A DNA stretch of 57,616 bases, filler included, from Porpidia crustulata (lineage: Eukaryota), in NCBI GenBank assembly GCA_964255105.1. It is 3 parts of 3 records of this genome, joined end to end, with 100 filler letters (N's around TTAATTAATTAA, not from the genome) between each part and the next. Parts side by side here need not be neighbours in the genome. Positions count along the whole stretch, not along the records: positions 38,547 to 57,616 come from CAXUWE010000152.1; 2 more parts are not named here. One strand, written 5' to 3'. This document shows positions 48,073 through 57,616 of the stretch, one piece after another (positions within the stretch are counted from its first letter, which is position 1; every line of letters starts with the position of its first letter). The notes beneath the pieces were generated by a model. That model was given only the letters and a program-made list of their open reading frames with translations, was not told where the DNA came from and ran no database searches. The position numbers were made by a program, and so were the translations under genes.

Positions 48073-49254
48073 ACTAAGGCTGCAGCACTTCTACAGCACA
48101 GACGGCTGCCTCCTTAATCTTTTTGAAGATAGTATGATTATGATCCTGAGAGACCTATATCGGTATATGATGCCTATGCCGCCGTATTGTACGCGTATGA
48201 TGTTGGGTTGCTAACGACCTTGTGTTTGTGTGTGAATGGTGGATCCGAAACAGCTGCGACAATGAGGGAAGCATCTTGCTTCGAGCGTGTGTGTCTTGCT
48301 TTTACTAACTGAGAAGCCTTGGGGTGGGTCGATCAAAACCAGACTAAGACAAGATGATCCCAGAGGCGAACATGTTTGGGTTGTACGGTTGCCGAGGCCG
48401 ATTGGTCAATCCCTGATCTTCTTGTATCCCTTCACGACTTGGCAGATTCAGACGTTCCTGTTCAGTGTAATGTCAGCAGAAAGGTGTGAGTGTCTCCTGA
48501 AACAAAGATGGCGTTGAGATGTGTGACTCAAGAGGCGCAAGTAGAAGAACGTTGGCGACGAGTTCCAACAACACTAGAGTAGCATCCGCTCTCCGTCGAT
48601 CATCCGCTGGCTCCCCGTCGGATCTTCGGGCTGTCCACTGCCACAATTCTACTTCCACTGGCACTTCCACCTCCACTTCCAACAGTTGGACCTGACACTG
48701 CCACGACTGCCGACAAACGGCGGAGAAATGCCATTAATACTTGAAACGAACCCAGGAGGATTTATGGTTATTTGGACGATGAGGCTTGACGCTCTAAATC
48801 AATATAGCGATGCAAAAGCTGTGCTACAGAAGAACGAAGTCTATGTTCGGCTGGAATACCACAGCACAGCCATAGTATCTATCTCATGCGGACCCCCTCT
48901 CTCGAACTAAGTCGAACACACTCCAGGTGCTGTTCCGATCTCATTGTCCAGATCGCGACCGTGTAGAACATCAAAGCTTGGTCCAGGGGAAGAATGCGCC
49001 ATGCAGAAATCAAAAACGACAAAACGCCCCAGACAGTGCCTTTTAGTTACACCCGTCCGATATGTGATTCGTAACAATGCATCACCAAGTCTTCAAATGT
49101 AAATGCCCAAGTCCAGATACCACCAACACTCCGTCCCAATTTTCGCTAAATCCCAAATCCGCGCTATGCTTTGCGCTGCCCAAGAAACCCCATGCATGCA
49201 TATCTGCACACACGCCCGTAATCCGAACAAATGAACTTGATTCGCTGTTTATAC

Positions 49255-50684
49255 TCAACCAGATCGTGGCTTGCATTTCTCATGCTGCATGTGACCATTG
49301 CGCGCTGTGGTCCGTGTGAACTCTGCCCCGCAGCGTGGACAAGTAGACTTGGTCGCCGTGCCTGACTTTTCACGTTGATGTCGGAGTAGGTTGCTAAACG
49401 TCGAAAACGCACGGCCGTTGCAGCCATGGTCCCAGCACTGAGGCCGAGAAGGCTGCTCCACGATCCTGATTGCTTCATGAGGATGTGTGGATCCCATGGC
49501 AGCAGGGGAAGGTCGTCTGCTGTGTGAGTACTGATCCGGCCGGCCTGATGACGGCAAAATCGGTGTGTTATAGCTTTTACGTGTTAGCATCGAAGTTTGC
49601 AGTAGCCTTTCGGATAACGTACGATGGCGTCAACCCTTGACTAACATTAGGCATGGCGTAACCGGTTGGATAAGCACTGCTCTCGTATGGATTTGGTGAT
49701 CTGTTGTGAAGTCAATAAGTAGTAGATCTCGAACCTTCCGCTGTTAATAATACCCTGAGATATATGGCCCTCGGATAGAAGAAGTCGAGGAAGTTCGGCC
49801 ACCATATGGAAGGGCTCCGGAAGAGGCATGGACATCGTACGACGACGCGGAAGATGAAGCTGCAAGAAAGTCAGTCGAGAGGCTCCCAGTCTGTGCCCGG
49901 CTCGACCCAGCGTCTGAGGTACTCGGCAAAATCGCCCTTCGCAGACGGACCTTGGCTTGACGGCGAGGTTCTTGCCAACCACGCCGTCGCTGCCGGGTAA
50001 TGACTCGCTCATGAGTACTCAGTCCGCTGTAGGCCGAGCTTGGCAAAATGAGAGGGCCAGTGGGACCAGACGTACTTCGGCGAGGTGGCTCACCTCCGGG
50101 ATAAGAGGAATCTGAAATCCCAATCAGGGCCCCATTCGGGAAGAAAACGAAGCAAAAACTTACTCTGCATGGACGATGACCTTGAGGCGCTGTAAGAGCT
50201 TTGCGCATGATATTGACTCGAAGTCGGGTCGTGAGAGTACGGGTAGGTGCTTTACAATTTTTATCAGGTACGACTCGAGCGCTAGGGATTGACAGATGTA
50301 CCTCATATTCTCAGCTGAAGCCTGCCGGAGGCCTAAATCTGCAGGTCCGGGATCCAGAAAGTCCAGGCGTTGTGAGCCAGAAGATCGGTAATCACCAAAG
50401 ACGCGCTGAGGATCGACGAAGGTCTCTGATGGAGGGACCGGAACGAAATCACCAAGTTCATACCCTGGCTGCAGGTAATTGGCGGTCAACTCCCCCCGGC
50501 GTGATGAAGACCGTGGATAGGTTGGATCCGAGGCGGTGTATGATGCAGAGTGGTGAGTCCCAGCAGTCTCGTTAAGCTGAAGGCCTTGAAAGCTCGCTTC
50601 AGTCACCGCGAGAGTGCTGGTAGCCCGACGTCTGCTTCCGCGCGCGTGTCCTGAGTCATGAGAGTGAGAATGAGAGCGAGACAT
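49255..50684 (-). CDS. Small fungal zinc-finger (C2H2-like) putative transcription factor, about 5 exons
   Basis: The C-terminus [28 protein letters not shown]...[23 protein letters not shown] is a conserved Pezizomycotina zinc-finger block. Upstream S/Y/P-rich exons join in frame through four GT-AG introns. The start is taken as MSRSHSH at 50684, although the frame is open to an ATG at 50912. Confidence 0.8.
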
Positions 50685-53600
50685 GGTTAACGTGGGTGAG
50701 TCGAAGAAATGGAAATACAAACAACGCTTGCCTGTCTTTTTTTGTCTCCCTTCAACCGCCTTTGGATGCAATGAAACTATATAATCGGATGGACGAAACT
50801 GCGTATATATTTTTGATCTTTCCTCAGGGTTTAACGAACATAGTTTCACTCTTTCTTCGCCACGGGAATGATTGACTTCTAATACCAAAGGATCAACTTT
50901 GTACTGCCCCATCCTTATTGGTCAGCCCTCTGATCCTTAGCGGATCCTTCGAAGGATTCGAATCCTTGCCAGCCACGATAAAACATGGTTCACTTAGGCT
51001 CCAATCCAACAAAGCGGACAGTCAGAGACGGCTTTGCCTACTTTATGCTTCTGACGAGGAAGACACACCGTCTCAGCACACGACATACAAGGCTGAGCGA
51101 GGAGCACCATGACATGGAAGCTATGCTGCCTTGATAGCACTCGGATGCAGCAGGTATCTAAGCCTCGGATATATTTCCCCTTCAAGAATGCAATAATTGT
51201 CGTCGCAGTACAGTATTACCGACTCGACTTCGAAGCATATCGATCAGACTCATACGGGTCCAAGATGGGTCGAGCCGCGCACTTCAAAATGACCTTCTGC
51301 AGAATCGGTCCCAAGCGAGATTTGATACAAATCAAGCTTGGAACCTGGATGCGGTTACCTCGATGTGGATAAAAGGCAGGACTAATGGGGCGAGTAGGGG
51401 GGGAAATAGGCAGTCCTGCCATACTCGAGATATCTTCCCAATGACAGAGCTCTATTCGCCATGTCCTGTTGTGCCTAGATCGTTTCAGATCCCACGGATT
51501 ACTGTCACAGCCCTGGGAAGATGGACTTAAGTCAGAGGCGGTACTAGGAAACCGTAGCAAGTACTGTTGAGTCGGTCAGACATTAGCACCGATCTGCGGC
51601 TGAAGTAATAATGAAGTCGTGCTTCGCTCTCGGCGTTCAGAGCACGCACATTATTCACACACTAGAAGACTTCTCAATGTGTCTAAAGTCGCTGGCTGCG
51701 TTATTTAGACCAGGAGTGGTTTGCGCCTCACAATGAAGTTGCACCGTGCCAGAAGCATGAAACGTCGGGGCAGTCGCCTTGTGAACTGCGAATCCGAACG
51801 TCGAATTGGGAAAGGCCTAGTTGGAGAAGCTACAGACTTACGTCTTTTGGGTTGTGCCTCGATTCGTAAGGTCGGTGGTCGAGATTGGCACTCCCCAAAT
51901 TGAGTCCCACCCTTTAGTCCACACTCCCATAGTTGCCGTCACGGAACCGAGTACTGCGTGTTTAGTGTGACCAAGGAGCTGCAGTCTGCCACTTACTAGC
52001 ACGAGTAGTACCTTATCTTCTTGCATTCCACTCTCTGTCAGTGGACTAAGCCAGTGAGTAGGTGGTAGGAGCTGAAATGCAGGAACCACATCTTTGCGGT
52101 AAGCCCTACGAAGTATGGGGGTTCTAAGATGATTGTGAAAAACGACGCCAACGCTCAAGGATCAGATCATCGTTGATGGTAGGATACCAATTGGCCAAAG
52201 AGTCGTTAATGCAGACGTGTAGTTGGTTATCTCCGCAAGACCCGCGACAGCCGTCTCATCTGCTCGAGGCATTTTCCATTAGTTACACCGTCTTTAGCTT
52301 CAGCTTGGAATAGCTGACTATTGTCCATTCAAGCATCCTTTGTACTTTTCCTGCGCATGCGTGTAACAGACGACAATAATTAATTATAAATTCTTTTTTC
52401 CCCACCAGACATTGTTTTGTTGTTGCGTGGGGGGAGTGTAGTGGTGGGCGGTGAAGTTTCAGGACTTGAGAGGCTCAGACGCTTCTCGCCAACGTTACTC
52501 TAGAGCAGTGAGCATCTAATTTTGGGCTGTCGTCTAGACATAACGCCGCCGCCAACAAATCGCTCGACATTCCTCGGCTCTTCTACTCGCGGACAAATAT
52601 TGCTAGGTAGTATATATGATATCCAGAACAGCAATTCCGTACGACATCTTATCCCGTGATTTTCTATGTCAAGAAATTTCTACTCGCAACGTGCGTAGGT
52701 GACGTCAAGTAGCCTTCGTCCTATCCGGAGTATGCACCTCGGATAATTCAAGACACGACCGCTATAGACCGCGATCACTAGGGTAAACCTCCACACTTCC
52801 AAGGTCTGTTGCCATCCTAAGGCTGATAAAAATCGGTGGATACTAAACAAAGATCTACAATCCTTCGAGCTGGAAGACGTCTTGGTCGTCCATCCATGCC
52901 TGCCATATTTTTAAGAAACGCTTCTAGCTTGCAAACCATGCTGTCTTCTTCTGACACGGTCAGTATCACTACCCGTTCCTCGATCATCTGGCACGATGGG
53001 AGGGTCTCAGGTCGGAGAATATCATTGTCAGCACAGGCATGTTTACGTGCCTATACAGACAGTCTACTGGTCACTCCTCAAAGTGTGGGCTGAAACCCTG
53101 ATATTACTACTCAAACGCCATCAGAGGTTAATTTCAATTATCTCATCGACGAATAATTGAATAGAGAATGCACACTTTCGCTGAGCTGTTTACATTTGTT
53201 CCGAGGCTGAAAGAAATAGCTTATGAAGGCCGATACTATGGACCGCGTATGCAAGAATTTCCACCTATTAATGCAATGAAAGCGGTACGTCCTTAAGGAA
53301 TCCTGAAGGATTTCGAAGGATCGTCCGAGCACGCGACGTTGCTGTAGCCCTGTCCAAGATTATCGCCAATCAGCCGGCAACTGACGGTCAAATGTTCGGA
53401 TTGTATTCCTTAATAGCAGAGGCCTGCGAACAATGCAAAATTGCGTGTCAAGACCATCGAAGCTGACACTCCACTTCTCCAGATTTCGTTCGCGGAACTC
53501 TCAAGCCGTCGAACGGCCGAGACACACTTTACACAATTGTTCAGATGATCAAGTATGAACCTTGTCGAAATGTACTGAAACGATAATCCTAGGGGTTACG

Positions 53601-56155
53601 AAGCTTGCAAGCTATGTGACCCTTTTGAACTATTTGTATTTGTTCTTTCCAGTCACTCTAATGTTCCCTACCAATTTTACCCACACAAGCCACATTACTT
53701 AGCCATTCACCACCTTACAGGTAGTCTTGAATTGGACTGCAACAGTTTAATGTGGAACCTGGGCCACGCTGACTTCGCCTGATACAGGGTCTTCATTGTG
53801 CTAGTCGCTCAGGTATGTTTGGATGCCGTCGATCCAACGTGGAGTCGCTACCTAATCATAATGTGCTTCGTTAAAAAGTGCCCTTACCCTTGGCATAGAG
53901 AGTACTTCAGCAATCGTGGCTAATGTAGGCTTGGTGCAGCGGCATTGGAGGGATTCAAATGCTACTGGCCCGCCAACTATTGGCAATTGAGTTATTCTCA
54001 CTGGCTTTGCTCCTTTTTCCCTCGTACGATGATAGAATTGTTAAGCCATATGTACGTGGAGATATCGCTACACCCTTAACGCGATGTGAGTATGGGGAAT
54101 TGACAATATTAAGTCCCGAAAATCAATTTCGAAAGAAGTAAGATATTTACTCCTGAGCAGGCGTCGCCCAAGGTACAGGAACGCAGCACGCGCTGAAATT
54201 AGGCATGTAAAATAGCAGCTGCCTAGTCGTCTGGAAAGGCACTTTAGAAGTTGCCAGGTAAACAGAGGCTTGAAAACCGCAACACCTACCCATCCCACAC
54301 TCTGATGAGCAAGTTAGTCGGCCGAAGATTTGCTGACCAATAATTAGAACGACCGACATCGAAGTCGTTTCAGTAATAGGCTGTCTGTGGTTAGCCAGAG
54401 ATTGAGCTCCAAATTCGTCTAAGCGTACCTGAGTGATATCAATGACCCCTGACATGATGGGCCGCACGCTGTGACCGAGTCCTGGGATAGCGCCAGATAA
54501 TAACATAAATAGGGAAAGATAAATCTCCACAACCATCACGGCCTTTATCCAGAAAGGCATTAATACCTTCAGATCGCTTTGCCAGATATTGAAACGAAAC
54601 TTTGTATCGTTCTGGCAAATTTTCGAGTTACTACACCCAAGAACATAATAAAAACTGATGTGCATTGCCCGTTAGGAGCCATGTTCAGAGCATCTAGTTC
54701 ACAAGGCAACTTCAAGCTCCACCCGGTTTCAAAAGAGTTTGCCCAATACAATCGGTTGCTTCAGGCCTGCAACACTGGCGCAACTTGCCAAGGCTTTATG
54801 ACACTGCCGAGTCAAGGCTGTCTAGACATAGGCATCGAGCGGAGAAAGGTAGAAATATTATCCCGTACCCGAGTATAAGACCAGGGATCCACAAAGGGAG
54901 CCGCCAAGCCCATTCTCCACCATTGTACTGGAAACCATGAGCGATCCGTTGTTGTACTGAGTTAGTCGGATATCTCCTTTCTTCGTCTAGGAGATCTATA
55001 CTATGTACGTATGCTACTAAAATACCAAAGTCGATGCTGAATTCCTCAAATAACAGCAGACTCTCACGAATCCTAGGATTTGTTCGCTTGATGTCAGCCG
55101 GTTTCTATTGATAGTGTATCTTGTAGAATCAAGAACGCTTGGATGAACATACAGGAGAAACTTCCGAGATACTTATAATTGCGTCACCGTGCTGAGCAGG
55201 TCGATATCAAGTCTATCATTCTATCTAGCGACAACAAGTATTGAGTATTCTACTTCTGCAGTCTGTAGTACAGAAACGACAGAAGAAACTTCTACAGTCA
55301 CGATGACTAAACACTTTCTTGGAATTCTTTCCGCAGTCAAAGGTTGCAACAGAGCTCCGATGAACGCACACAGCTCAATCATCGCTCCAAAGACCCGTAT
55401 GGTTCTCAAGTTCCTACTATGATCTTCGTCCGGCGACTAGAGACAGTCATCACCGTCAACTTTGTTTAGCTTGAGAGCCACGAGGCGAAAGACAGTAGTC
55501 TTAAAGTAACAGCTTCAAGACAGTAATGATCAAGATCCAGAACCAAGTATCTCCAATGATATGTTATAAGTATACAAGCAGATCGTGCGACTCATGCAAT
55601 GTCCTTAGTGATTAAATTACCGTAGCATAGCAGCATCCAGTAAAACGTCAGATTGACCCGTGTCGTCGGCGTCACCTATCAGCCCTTTTTAAATTGTCTT
55701 TTGGCATGACGTTGGGTGTTGTTTACTCACGCCTGCCATGTACCTGTGATGTATAAATGATGAAAGGTCATGGAATTTTTGTCACATGGGAGGCTCATTG
55801 TTGTTGACGTTTGGCGGGTGGTGTCGCTGCCGCACGTAGGGCTGAGCCAGGTGGTTCTCATAGCACCTCCAGATCTATCGAACTCCAGGCCGCAACCTTC
55901 ATTATTATTGTGATTTCTCAATAGACGTCGTGAGCTCAATTTATCTCTTCGACCATCATCTTTTTCTATTCTCATATACTTACATTCTTCAAAAGCGTCC
56001 CACCTTATTCACGATACCTGCTGGACTTCACTTCTGGTTGCACCACGATCGATCCAACGTGCCGGAATACTTCAAAGCCTACGAGTAGTCAGAGATATAA
56101 AACTATATCTACTATTGGTTCTGTAAACAAGCGGCGAGCCGTCGCAGAGTCCCCG

Positions 56156-56641
56156 ATGGCGACTTTTCTGACCAACCTGTTCGAGTCTGTATTCACCCCA
56201 GGTCCAACACCCACCTTGATCGTTGCGACAAACGTTTCTTTCGCGGCTTTACAATGCATACTCCTCCTACTACTTGTCGCCACGTATAGCATACATTTCG
56301 TCATCCTCTCGTTCCTGAGCGCGGGGTTATGGTGGGCTATCAATTGGTTCGTGACAGAGCTAGATGCAGCGAACAAGAAGGAGAAGGAAGCGCAACGCCT
56401 GAGGAAGCAGAGGGAAGAGCGGGATGAAGCGAAAGCGGACGATAGCGGGACTGAGACGGAAGGAACGGACAGTCTGGGTAGGAGCGCAATTATAGGAGCC
56501 GGTAGCGAGGGAGGATTGATACCAGGCGCTGTCGACGGAGCGATACGAAAGCGAAGAAGCCTGGGTGAAGCATCAGCCAGCGAGATGAGCACGGACAGTG
56601 AGTGGGATAAGCTTGAGGAAGCAGGAGAAATGGACCGATAG
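56156..56641 (+). CDS. PKR1: ER membrane V-ATPase assembly factor Pkr1
   Basis: MATFLTNLFESVFTPGPTPTLIVATNVSF...SIHFVILSFLSAGLWWAINWFVTEL forms two TM helices followed by a charged tail, as in the Pkr1 family. Confidence 0.9.
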   Translation: MATFLTNLFESVFTPGPTPTLIVATNVSFAALQCILLLLLVATYSIHFVILSFLSAGLWWAINWFVTELDAANKKEKEAQRLRKQREERDEAKADDSGTETEGTDSLGRSAIIGAGSEGGLIPGAVDGAIRKRRSLGEASASEMSTDSEWDKLEEAGEMDR

Positions 56642-57118
56642 AAACGTCTCAGGTTGCCCAGTCATGCATCGTCACGATCGATGTTCCGTTGAGCTGAATT
56701 AATTGTTCATAGACGCATGGTCTTTAGACGTGGGGTATCTGTCATGGAGTCTAGGGGGGAGCATTGTGTATCACGTTTAAGACTCCAAAACAATTAAGTC
56801 AACATTAGTCCTAATCTCTCCTAAACAGATCTTTGCATTTGACCATTCGGCGGGATTAGGCACTGCAGGATGAAATTCAATGTGCATTCGTGAAATTATT
56901 GCAGCTAAGATATGAGAATTGATTGTCCGTGCCTATCCACGATAGCCTGCAGTTGGACGACTAACCATGTTAAGCTAGCGAAATCAGTTTTGTGCGCTTC
57001 GAGCTTCGGGAGTTGAATATCTACCTTATTTCGAACACATAAGTTCTCGTTCACCGCCCTCGCATCTGTTGTATAACGCGTTCCGACCGAACACGAAGCC
57101 CATGCTTACTTCATCGCC

Positions 57119-57616
57119 ATGAAGCTCGTCAGGTAAGCCGCTCAACCCTCCGCACCACCGTGTTCCCTAAGCTGAGCTGTAAACCCTCAAGGCTCACCAC
57201 CCGCGGACCTGGCTGACCGCGCAACTTGCATGTTAGGTTCCTCATGAAATGCGCCAACGAAACAGTCACAATTGAGCTCAAGAATGGTAGCCAACCGATC
57301 CTAGCGTCAGATTCCCCTCCACTCTCATCTAATGCCGAACCACAGGCACAATACTCCACGGCACCATCACGTCCGTTTCCCCTCAGATGAACACGGCCCT
57401 CCGCACCGTTAAGATGACCCCCAGAGGTCGAGATCCTATATCTCTGGATACGATCAACATTCGCGGCTCGACGATTCGCTACTATATCCTGCCCGACTCC
57501 CTGCCTCTAGATACGCTGTTAATTGATGACGCGCCGAAGCCGAAGAACAAGGCCAGGAAGGAAGTAGCAGATCGGGGCGCGAGAGGAGGAAGGGGGGGCC
57601 CGAGGGGCAGAGGACG
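57119..57616 (+). CDS. SMD1: Small nuclear ribonucleoprotein Sm D1 (3 exons; truncated at window end)
   Basis: The spliced translation is [45 protein letters not shown]...[29 protein letters not shown], followed by an RG-rich tail. Confidence 0.96.

Noticed and set aside
48287..48910. Small ORFs with an ACTTCC repeat between the GTPase and zinc-finger genes
   Set aside because: They are low complexity, and no coherent gene model could be built.
50950..50970. GGATTCGAATCC as a tRNA T-arm
   Set aside because: There is no acceptor stem, D arm or anticodon arm around it.

Overview
Intron-rich filamentous ascomycete (Pezizomycotina) genomic DNA. It contains two 100-nt assembly spacers (N44-TTAATTAATTAA-N44, at 19182-19281 and 38447-38546), so linkage across those points is unproven. 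The main accessory element is a two-gene secondary-metabolite locus. An AflR-type Zn2Cys6 transcription factor (6248-7629, -) is divergently paired with an apparently intact 8-exon, about 2630-aa highly reducing iterative PKS (10920-19159, +; KS-AT-DH-cMT-ER-KR-ACP). The PKS has LovF/SQTKS-like motifs, no release domain, and no recognisable tailoring, acyltransferase or hydrolase gene beside it. About 6 kb to its left has no intact gene and looks partly like decayed coding sequence. The rest is mostly conserved housekeeping or regulatory genes: Ima1, ALG14, an SH3-RasGEF, PNK1, a Pro/Ser-rich conserved protein, a DHA1 MFS transporter, a TauD-like 2OG-Fe(II) dioxygenase, a GTPBP1/2-like GTPase, a small zinc-finger protein, PKR1 and SmD1 (truncated by the window end). 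I found no tRNA, rRNA, CRISPR array or intact transposon. All exon boundaries and family calls were read by eye, without database searches.
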